From Candidatus Hadarchaeota archaeon (lineage in GTDB: Archaea > CAYQAE01 > CAYVLA01): a DNA stretch of 19,291 nucleotides. The position numbers were made by a program, and so were the translations under genes. Within the stretch, counting starts at the first letter, position 1; each line of letters begins with the position of its first letter. Shown here piece after piece: positions 9,390 to 16,569 of the stretch. Where the stretch lies: positions 1 to 19,291 of the forward strand of contig CAYVLA010000062.1 in NCBI GenBank assembly GCA_964452145.1. The letters are read 5' to 3'. The notes under the pieces were generated by a model that did not search any database, was not told the DNA's origin, and saw only the letters and a list, made by a program, of their open reading frames with translations.

Positions 9390-10628
9390 ATGGCCACGGT
9401 CATCCTTGTCAGCCTGGTTCCGATGCTGTCCCCCTGCACGGTGTGCATCGAGAGGTTGAGCGTTCTGGCCATAGGCCAGGTCCTGCCGGGCGAGTCCCCC
9501 ATACCATACTGGTTCGATGCCGATCCGCTGGTGAACTACGTTCTGATCCCAACCGACATAGACATCATGAGCGGCCAAGCCGTGGCCGGGCAGCATGTGA
9601 TGGAGCAGGCCTGGCGACGGTATGTGAGGATCTACTTCCCCAAGAACAGGGATGCCCTTGTGGACGATTACGATTTCTTCGTTTTCCCTGACGGATACAT
9701 CGAACCCTTCTCAACGACCCAGATAGCGGACATGAAGTACGGAATGGAGAACGGACTGGGCAGCTTCCTGACTACCGGCGGCGACCTGTCGAGCCCCAAC
9801 GCAAAGGACTACCCGGGCTGGAAGAACTCGATGCTGGAGACGATCCTCCCAGTCGAGCTGAACGACAAGATGCAGCAGGACGGATCGGCCTTCAGCATCA
9901 GGGTGGTCAAGGACGATCCGCCGGTGCTGTCCATGTTCGTACCTCTGGGAATAGAGGCGGTCAAGGGAGCCTCAGCCTTCACCTACCTGACCACCAGATC
10001 GGGTGCAACCATCTGGGGCAGACTGGTTTCGCCCACCCTGCCAAAGAGCGCATCGGGTGACTGGCTGGTATCCTGGAGGGTCGGGTCGGGGGGCGGTGTC
10101 TTTTGGGTCGTGGCCGATGATCTCGATTCCACGTGGTGGTCGTCAGTCCACGGCCTAAGCCAGAACGAGTACGCCATCGACGTTTTCCTCAACATCCTTC
10201 TCTACTCCACCGGCCGCAACCTGCCCGAGGATGTCATAATGATGCACGACCTCAGGACGCGATACTGGCGGTACAACGAGGAACGGCTCCTCCTCTTTTC
10301 CGTGCTCGAGTTCGTCGACAGGTTCGGAGCGAACACAAGGGTGCTTGAGGACCGGATAGCTGAAGTGGATCGTCTGAAGGAAGAGTCGTTCCAGGACTAC
10401 AGGATACAGGACTTTGAAGCGGCGCTGGATTCGATCGGGGAGGCGCTGGCGAGGATGTCGTCCATTTCGAACAGCGCCATGAAGCTCAAGGACAGAGCCC
10501 TTCTCTGGGTGTACATCACGGAATGGTCGGCGGTCATGGGGACTCTCTTCGCATCCGGATTTGCGGTCTACAGCTTGCTTGTGAAGAGAAGGCTCTACAG
10601 GGAGGTAGCCGTGACAAGGTCCCGCTGA
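9390..10628 (+). CDS. Predicted exported, membrane-anchored protein; possible class I glutamine amidotransferase-like fold plus helical stalk
   Basis: Signal-like N-terminus MATVILVSLVPMLSP. DYDFFVFPD...GLGSFLTTGG...WKNSMLETILPV resembles GATase1-like domains. A coiled-coil-like region precedes a C-terminal TM and KRR. Promoter-like GAAACCCTTAAG at 9312-9323 suggests start 9369 or 9390, not 9261. Confidence 0.65.
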   Translation: MATVILVSLVPMLSPCTVCIERLSVLAIGQVLPGESPIPYWFDADPLVNYVLIPTDIDIMSGQAVAGQHVMEQAWRRYVRIYFPKNRDALVDDYDFFVFPDGYIEPFSTTQIADMKYGMENGLGSFLTTGGDLSSPNAKDYPGWKNSMLETILPVELNDKMQQDGSAFSIRVVKDDPPVLSMFVPLGIEAVKGASAFTYLTTRSGATIWGRLVSPTLPKSASGDWLVSWRVGSGGGVFWVVADDLDSTWWSSVHGLSQNEYAIDVFLNILLYSTGRNLPEDVIMMHDLRTRYWRYNEERLLLFSVLEFVDRFGANTRVLEDRIAEVDRLKEESFQDYRIQDFEAALDSIGEALARMSSISNSAMKLKDRALLWVYITEWSAVMGTLFASGFAVYSLLVKRRLYREVAVTRSR

Positions 10629-11164
10629 AGTTGGCCTGGAAAGACCCTCCCGGGGATGTGTAAGGCTGTGGGTTCGACCTTGGCGCTATCGACCGGTCCC
10701 TGCATCCCGCAGTGCCCTCCGAAGTCCCGATACGTCAGTGAATCTGACTCGATAGTCCTCGATCTTACGCTCCGTCTCCTTACCTCTGTAGCGGCCTGGT
10801 CGGAGTCGTGATCAGCCTCGGCATCGTTGGATACGCGGTAGCTCTTGTGGTCTGCGCCCTGGCCTTCGCAACCGCGAGAGCCCTTGAGATGTGGTTTTCC
10901 GAACCGCCCAGACCGGCCCAGCCCTACTGAAGCGTGCGCCCCCATGGCACGTTCGTCGATCGGTGCCGAGGAACCCTCTCTCCTGGTTCCTGTCCACCGC
11001 ATGTTCAAGACCCGTGCGCCATCCCGCCATGTTCGCGACGGATGTGAATGCGTCTCCGCCGATCCAGATCGCACGCCGAACGGGACGCGGACATGGATGA
11101 GGGGATGGCAGGTCACTGACGCGTAGGCTCCCTCGATCCTGTGTGCAGTTGGCTAGGGGGATCT

Positions 11165-12253
11165 CTAGCGGGGTGCCTGGCTTTTTCCTCCCTTTTCACG
11201 CTTGCGGGTCGATCCCAGAGTGGGTTCGATGGGTTGGTTGGGTTTGCAGATTGCCTGCTCTAGGGACGTGCAGAGTTGTTCGGCCTCTCTCACCTCAGCT
11301 CCATCGATCGCTCCAACCCTCGTTGCGAACTTGGCCCCTTGCCTTAAGGCCAACGTTGTGGCGAACAGATACTCCTTGCGGAATGCCTCTTCTCCCTGAA
11401 GTTCCCCTTTGGAGTTCATCACCCTGTCGATGGGACATCCCTTCTTCCTGCTGAGCTCCTTCTCGGCCTCAGCATAGCAGCCTTTCTCGACTATGAGGGA
11501 CTCCAGCGCCCTCAGCCTGGATAGGACGAAGGCGAACCTGGCGTATATGCTGGCCTGCGAAGCCTTCTTCACACCCTCGGGGCTCGCCTTGTTCAGGCTT
11601 CCCTGATCCATCGGTATGTACATTGCGTACCACAGGGGTTCCGATGATCTGGGCAGCCTCGAGACATCGTCCAGGAGGGCTTGCTCGGGTGCCAGCTCCC
11701 CCAATCTGTCGAGGACCTCCGGCGGGAAGGCCTGGTTGAAGGCCTTCTCGAATCCCGTCGATGGCAGGTACCAGAAGAACCTGTCTATCAGAGTCTGATA
11801 GACCCTTCTCTGGCCGGGGCCAAGGAACCTGACGATGCGTTTCCCATCTCTCTCCATCCAGACGGATGGTTCACCCTTGGTCAGGCCTAGCTGGGTGCCC
11901 TCCTCCTCCCGGATTGCCAGCATCTGGGCCAACTCTTCCTTTTCCAGGGAGAGATAACCCTTGTCAAGGGCCGATCCGAAGCAGAACACCTCATAAGGCT
12001 TCACCGTGCCCCAGTCCTCGGTTCTGACCAGGAACTCGTCCGAGAGCCTGGACAGGACCCTTCTGATCATGCTCTTAGGGATCCCGAGGGAGTCGGATAT
12101 GGCGGTCTCGGTGCACTTCTTGGGCTCGAAAGAGTTGGTCACTAGGTACTTGATCAGCACTCCTGCCAGTTCTTCCTCCACCCTCTTGGTGGTTTCCATG
12201 GCCCTGGCATACTCATCTGCGAGCTCTCTTGCTTCCTTCAACACGAACACCAA
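11165..12253 (-). CDS. Uncharacterised protein with N-terminal winged helix-turn-helix and unknown helical C-terminal region, 362 aa
   Basis: CTETAISDSLGIPKSMIRRVLSRLSDEFLVRTEDWGTVKPYEV fits a wHTH with wing. Long ORF with protein-like composition and a TTG start. Confidence 0.75.
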   Translation of the reverse strand: MVFVLKEARELADEYARAMETTKRVEEELAGVLIKYLVTNSFEPKKCTETAISDSLGIPKSMIRRVLSRLSDEFLVRTEDWGTVKPYEVFCFGSALDKGYLSLEKEELAQMLAIREEEGTQLGLTKGEPSVWMERDGKRIVRFLGPGQRRVYQTLIDRFFWYLPSTGFEKAFNQAFPPEVLDRLGELAPEQALLDDVSRLPRSSEPLWYAMYIPMDQGSLNKASPEGVKKASQASIYARFAFVLSRLRALESLIVEKGCYAEAEKELSRKKGCPIDRVMNSKGELQGEEAFRKEYLFATTLALRQGAKFATRVGAIDGAEVREAEQLCTSLEQAICKPNQPIEPTLGSTRKREKGGKSQAPR

Positions 12254-12256
12254 TCA

Positions 12257-12314
12257 TTTATATTCCATCAAAATACATATTCTGTGATAATATGTCTTTG
12301 AGAACGAATATAAA
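12257..12314. promoter_or_regulatory. Quasi-palindromic bidirectional promoter/operator
   Basis: TTTATATTC (12257-12265) and its reverse complement GAATATAAA (12306-12314); inner ACATATT-N7-AATATGT (12275-12295); CAAA/TTTG (12269-12272 and 12297-12300). All are centred near 12285. Confidence 0.7.
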
Positions 12315-12525
12315 GGTTGCCGGGAAAACTCCCACTCCTCCCACCCATCCGGCGACGATCGAGAGGGTTGTTGTCGACAGCAGGGGCAGGATCGTGATAC
12401 CAGCCAGAATCAGGAACATGGCGAGGCTTGCACCCGGAGCGGAAGCGTACCTTCTCTGCGAAGACAACCAGATCAGGATACTCAGACCCGATCAGGTAGC
12501 GGAACTCCTCAAACCAATGATATAG
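12292..12525 (+). CDS. AbrB/MazE/SpoVT-family DNA-binding protein, 77 aa, no adjacent toxin
   Basis: VVVDSRGRIVIPARIRNMARLAPGAEAYL is a typical AbrB/MraZ-type motif. ATG 12292 lies about 29 nt after the TATA-like TTTATAT. Confidence 0.85.
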   Translation: MSLRTNIKVAGKTPTPPTHPATIERVVVDSRGRIVIPARIRNMARLAPGAEAYLLCEDNQIRILRPDQVAELLKPMI

Positions 12526-12709
12526 GCGGCCCACCCCACACGGACACCGAAAAAGGATGCAAAGGCATATCCCAACCCCGTTTTCCTCCATATCAAATTG
12601 TCTCTTCCATTGCGACGAAGGGCTTTTTCTTGTCTTGACCATCACCCGAGTACCAACTTCATCTGCATCTTGATACTTCCCTGCCATTTATGCCAGAAGT
12701 AGGCAACCC

Positions 12710-13405
12710 TCATCCGTCACACGAGGTGTGTGTTGGGGCGGGCGCTGATTTCGCAGCTTCTAGTTCCAGAGAACGGCCACTTTGAGAGACCCACAGGCTC
12801 AGCATTCTCATGCCGAGATTCCTGAGGTCTCGGAGCAGGACGCCTTGATCGATTGAGTGAGGCTCTGCTCCAGTCTCTTTCCTGTGTCCTTTGAGGAACA
12901 GGATCCCACCCGGCCTGAGAACCCGGAAGACCTCGCCTAGGTACTCTCCCTTTCTTCGCACAAAGTCAAAGGTGAACACATCAACAACCGAGTCGAATAC
13001 CCCTTCCTTGAAAGGGGGATGACCACAGCTGCCAAGAACCAGACAGTACTCAGACTTGCTCTCCTCTCTCAAGACCAAGCCCCTGCTCAGCGCCAGACGA
13101 GAGATATCCATGCCCAAGGCTCTGCATCCTGCGCCTGCAAGATATGCGCAGTGCCTGCCCTCCCCACATCCGGCATCGAGAACTAGGGGAGTCATTCCGA
13201 TCTGCCGTATTCTCTGTGCGATAGTCCTGACGAACTCCTCCGGATCGGTGCCCCAGAGGAAACGTTTGCCTTGATCGTAGGCCTGTTGGTACTCGAAATC
13301 AAACCCCGACCCGGACTCTATCCCATCTGGTTGCGTGGTCGATCCCTTCGCTAATCCGTCTTTCCATCGACAACTGCATTGGGCCACGGAACTCCAACGA
13401 ACCAC
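12710..13405 (-). CDS. Class I SAM-dependent methyltransferase (start probably downstream of the track start)
   Basis: Motif I VLDAGCGEGRH, GMDIS, PFKEGVFDSVV, EVFRVLRPGG. Confidence 0.9.
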   Translation of the reverse strand: MVRWSSVAQCSCRWKDGLAKGSTTQPDGIESGSGFDFEYQQAYDQGKRFLWGTDPEEFVRTIAQRIRQIGMTPLVLDAGCGEGRHCAYLAGAGCRALGMDISRLALSRGLVLREESKSEYCLVLGSCGHPPFKEGVFDSVVDVFTFDFVRRKGEYLGEVFRVLRPGGILFLKGHRKETGAEPHSIDQGVLLRDLRNLGMRMLSLWVSQSGRSLELEAAKSAPAPTHTSCDG

Positions 13406-13473
13406 GACGCCGGCAAGCTCACATGATGCCGTAGGAGGGCGGTTCCGAAAGCATTATGTCCGGTGGTTGTCGT

Positions 13474-14022
13474 ATGGAATCTGAGGGATGTCTTGTGGGC
13501 CTGAAGAGTTTCCTAGTCAAGAAGTTTATCGACTTTGATCTGATCCCTTGCCGGACAAGGTGGAGGAAGTCGATCACCAGCATAGGCAGGATACACATCG
13601 ACATCCACAGGGCGCTGCGCGAAAGGTACGGATCTGAAGGAGCACAGGTGCTGGACCAGGTCATGTATCGCATCGGGCAAAGACAGGCAAACGAGATACT
13701 GGGGGCTTTGGGGCTGGAAAGAGATCTGGAGGGATGCGGCTACGCAGTGATGGTGATGCACAGGATCTTCGGCATCAAGAGCAGAATAGTCAGAAAAGAC
13801 GCAGGCAGCATCACTATGCAGGTCACGCACTGCAGGTGGGGTAGACGGACCGAAGGCTGGGGACCTGCTTTGTGTGTCTCCATAGGCAGATATGAGGACG
13901 GCCTCATCGAAACCATCCTGCCGGATTCTGTGCATGCATACGATAAGAGATACACGTTAGGAGACCGTGTCTGTGAGCTGACCATCCGCCTTCCCAACAG
14001 ATCGCCACATCCCGAGACATGA
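13474..14022 (+). CDS. V4R-like / ATC-hydrolase-like small-ligand-binding protein (start 13456-13495 uncertain)
   Basis: ALRERYGSEGA...IG N-terminal helices and three spaced cysteines (VTHCRW, ALCVSI, GDRVCELTI) are typical of the V4R/L-2-amino-thiazoline-4-carboxylate hydrolase-like clan. Confidence 0.7.
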   Translation: MESEGCLVGLKSFLVKKFIDFDLIPCRTRWRKSITSIGRIHIDIHRALRERYGSEGAQVLDQVMYRIGQRQANEILGALGLERDLEGCGYAVMVMHRIFGIKSRIVRKDAGSITMQVTHCRWGRRTEGWGPALCVSIGRYEDGLIETILPDSVHAYDKRYTLGDRVCELTIRLPNRSPHPET

Positions 14023-14287
14023 TTGCTGCTGTAAGTCCTCTCCCTGCCTCGTCTGTAATCTCACCCCAACCAACGGGAGAATGTTCTCTCCACGTCGAGC
14101 CGATGCGACAGTCGCAGGCATTCACCGATTGGCCCTTCTTCAACGGTCTTGAAGGCTGGGTCTCGTTTGGCTGCCAGGCAAACCAGGAGCCAAGCCCGGA
14201 TGGCAAGATACGTGTCGGTCGCAATATTTATCTTGAAGACCGTCCTCCTTGTTGTCGCCCCCTGGCGGGGGAAGGAGGTGGGAGTGC

Positions 14288-14383
14288 ATGGTGTTGCGGG
14301 AAGAATTCCCCAGAGCGCAGACCTATTCCTACCTCTGGTCGGGGGGAGCAAGACGGCTATCGGTATCTCCTCGGGGCAATTAG
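14288..14383 (+). CDS. Candidate 31-aa small ORF MVLREEFPRAQTYSYLWSGGARRLSVSPRGN
   Basis: Perfect SD GGAGGTG at 14274-14280, 7 nt before the ATG. AT-rich ATATTTAT box at 14224-14231. No recognisable homology. Confidence 0.3.
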   Translation: MVLREEFPRAQTYSYLWSGGARRLSVSPRGN

Positions 14384-14436
14384 AGGCTAAATGGGCCGTC
14401 TATTGCACATCAGAGATAATATAGGACGCCGAACAA

Positions 14437-14451
14437 GCAAAAGCTTTATAT
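14437..14451 (+). promoter_or_regulatory. BRE/TATA promoter of the uS5-GNAT-nucleotidyltransferase operon
   Basis: GCAAAAGC-TTTATAT, a purine-rich BRE followed by TATA at 14445-14450, about 85 nt upstream of ATG 14534. Confidence 0.65.
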
Positions 14452-14533
14452 CTGACCTTCTACATCTGATCTGACAGCTGCTGCAGCCATTTCACTGCTG
14501 TTTGTTGCTGCAGCGCTTGGAGAAAAGATCCCA

Positions 14534-15613
14534 ATGGTCACAAGGTCTAGCGAAAGCCAGGCCCAACTGAATGCCGCCGGGCACAAGCTGGTCTCCAGAG
14601 ACAGCTCGGGTGGCCCAATCGACCCAGGCAGGACCAGCGAGGCCCACAAAGAAGATGGGGCAACGCCCAAGAGATCCAGGGGAACCCAGGCCACGGGAAC
14701 CGCCATCAACGAGTGCCGGGAGCCATGTCCTGGCGGAAGCCAGGAGAAGGAGACCGAGGAACAAGCCAATGAGGAAGAGGGAAGGGACTCGGAAGAAGGT
14801 CTGGAGGAGAGCCGCGGGGAGGAGATAAAACGAGAACAAGAGGAGGAAGGAGAGGCAGAAGAGGGAACCGAGGACGAATCGGCCATCGGAGTTGAAGACG
14901 AAGACGAGTCAGATGAGCAGGGGCAGAAGGAAGGAAAGCACAGGCTTTCCTCGGTTTCACTCTCTGCATCAGCTCCTGCATCTGGTCTTGAGCACCTCGA
15001 GGGCTGGAAGCCCAGAACCGAGCTGGGACGCAGAATCGTCCGAGGAGACAAGATCACCATCCAGGAGATCTTCCTATCCGGAGAGACCATCAGGGAGATC
15101 CAGATCATAGATGCCCTTGTCCCCGACCTGCAGTCCGAGATCATTCCCCTGTCCAGACTTGGCCCTAAGAGAGTGGCTCGAAGAGACCGGTCCGGTCGTA
15201 AATACACATTCAAGTGGGGCGTGGTTGTGGGAAACCGGGATGGTCTGGTGGGTTTCGGGATAGGGAAAGGCAGGGAAAGCTATGCAGCCATCCAGAAGGG
15301 CCTCACCGACGCAAAGGGCAATCTTGTCATGGCTAGAAGGGGATGTGGAAGCTGGGAATGTCGGTGCGGAGGCACACACTCCATACCTTTCAAGACCTCT
15401 GGGAAGGCGGGAAGCGTGCGCGTGGATCTTAAGCCTGCCCCCAGAGGTGTGGGGCTGATTGTTGCCGACAGGACCAAGCCGATCTTCGAACTGGCAGGAA
15501 TCGGCGACATCTACAGTCAAACGATAGGAGACACCCGAACCACCGAGAACCTGGCCAAGGCAGCGTTCCAAGCACTCCGAAACCTATGGTCCATCGCAGG
15601 CGGCAATCCATGA
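14534..15613 (+). CDS. rps5: Archaeal-type 30S ribosomal protein uS5, divergent, with ~150-aa disordered acidic N-terminal extension
   Basis: From W158: WKPRTELG, VVVGNRDGLVGFGIGK, RRGCGSWECRCGGTHSIPFK, GKAGSVRVDLKPAPRGVGL, ELAGIGDI, GDTRTT are unmistakable archaeal uS5 motifs. There is no in-frame ATG/GTG/TTG between 14534 and the core. Confidence 0.93.
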   Translation: MVTRSSESQAQLNAAGHKLVSRDSSGGPIDPGRTSEAHKEDGATPKRSRGTQATGTAINECREPCPGGSQEKETEEQANEEEGRDSEEGLEESRGEEIKREQEEEGEAEEGTEDESAIGVEDEDESDEQGQKEGKHRLSSVSLSASAPASGLEHLEGWKPRTELGRRIVRGDKITIQEIFLSGETIREIQIIDALVPDLQSEIIPLSRLGPKRVARRDRSGRKYTFKWGVVVGNRDGLVGFGIGKGRESYAAIQKGLTDAKGNLVMARRGCGSWECRCGGTHSIPFKTSGKAGSVRVDLKPAPRGVGLIVADRTKPIFELAGIGDIYSQTIGDTRTTENLAKAAFQALRNLWSIAGGNP

Positions 15614-16569
15614 CCCACCGCAAGAAGCAGACAGCTACCAGCCGAGTCAGGATATGTTCCCTGAGGAAACGCGACCTTGGAGAAGTCCTGGACGCCTACA
15701 ACAGGGCTTACTCCGCCCTCCCAGCCCACAGCGACCTGGATATTGCGGGCTTCAGGAGGAGATTCCTCGAACCTGTTCAGGACATGCGCTTCTCGTTCAG
15801 ATACAGCGCCAAGGCCGTCCTGGGCAAAGGAAGAAGCGGCAAGATCATCGGCTTCAGCCTTGCACGGGTCACGGGGCCCAAGCGATCAAGGCGCGTTGCG
15901 GCAATCCGGGCTTTTGGCATCTTGGAGGAGTTCCGTGCACAAGGCATAGGCAAGCTCATGCTCAAGACCCAGACACAGAAACTGTTCAGGGAAGGATTTG
16001 TATCCATCAAGGCTCCGGGCATACAAAACACCAACAAGCCGGCCCTGAAGATCATGGAGCATCTGGGAGCACGGACCCTGGGCGCGACAACCTCCTGGGA
16101 GAAAGACCTTACCCAAGAGATACCGGAACCAACAAGGCCACTTGGGTCTGGACTTATGCTAACAGGTGTGTACGATGCTGATCCAGCCCAGCTGTACAAA
16201 GACTTCTCTGATTTCTTCTCCGACACATCGGTGGAGATGGACTTGCCCAGCTTCCTAGAAGCTGAGTGGAGGAACCCTGCTTCAACCATGGCCATCGAAC
16301 AACGGCATATCGTCGGGATGGCTCTAGTCCATTCAGCGGAGGATCCAGAGTACATTGCATACGTGGCTGTATCCAAGGAACACAGGAACAAAGGCATAGG
16401 GACACACCTAGTGGCAGAGGCACTCAGACGGATGCAGAAGATGGGGCTGACCTCTGCCAGAACGGTCACCGCAGACGACAACCAGGCGATGACCCGGATC
16501 TTCCAGAATCTGGGGTTCAGACTGACAGGTTCGACACTGCACATGGTGATCAGGAAGGAGGAGAGATGA
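15610..16569 (+). CDS. Tandem (two-domain) GNAT N-acetyltransferase, 319 aa
   Basis: Two acetyl-CoA motifs: FGILEEFRAQGIGKLML...NKPALKIMEHLG and VAVSKEHRNKGIGTHLV...NQAMTRIFQNLGF. ATG 15610 overlaps the uS5 stop (ATGA). Confidence 0.92.
   Translation: MTHRKKQTATSRVRICSLRKRDLGEVLDAYNRAYSALPAHSDLDIAGFRRRFLEPVQDMRFSFRYSAKAVLGKGRSGKIIGFSLARVTGPKRSRRVAAIRAFGILEEFRAQGIGKLMLKTQTQKLFREGFVSIKAPGIQNTNKPALKIMEHLGARTLGATTSWEKDLTQEIPEPTRPLGSGLMLTGVYDADPAQLYKDFSDFFSDTSVEMDLPSFLEAEWRNPASTMAIEQRHIVGMALVHSAEDPEYIAYVAVSKEHRNKGIGTHLVAEALRRMQKMGLTSARTVTADDNQAMTRIFQNLGFRLTGSTLHMVIRKEER

Noticed and set aside
10595..11126. Several overlapping track ORFs in the gap; possible tRNA or other RNA gene (GGTTCGA at ~10671)
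   Set aside because: The ORFs are Arg/Pro/Ser-rich random-like translations, and I could not build a cloverleaf around the GGTTCGA.
12268..12687. 139-aa minus-strand ORF as a possible partner of the orphan AbrB
   Set aside because: It overlaps the AbrB gene entirely in antisense and has no recognisable domain.
14446..15213. 255-aa Ser-rich minus-strand ORF
   Set aside because: It is the mirror of the GAG/GAA-rich uS5 extension, an antisense artefact.
16266..16565. 100-aa N-terminal extension of the first nucleotidyltransferase in the track
   Set aside because: It lies inside the GNAT gene. The SD and ATGA overlap mark 16566 as the start.
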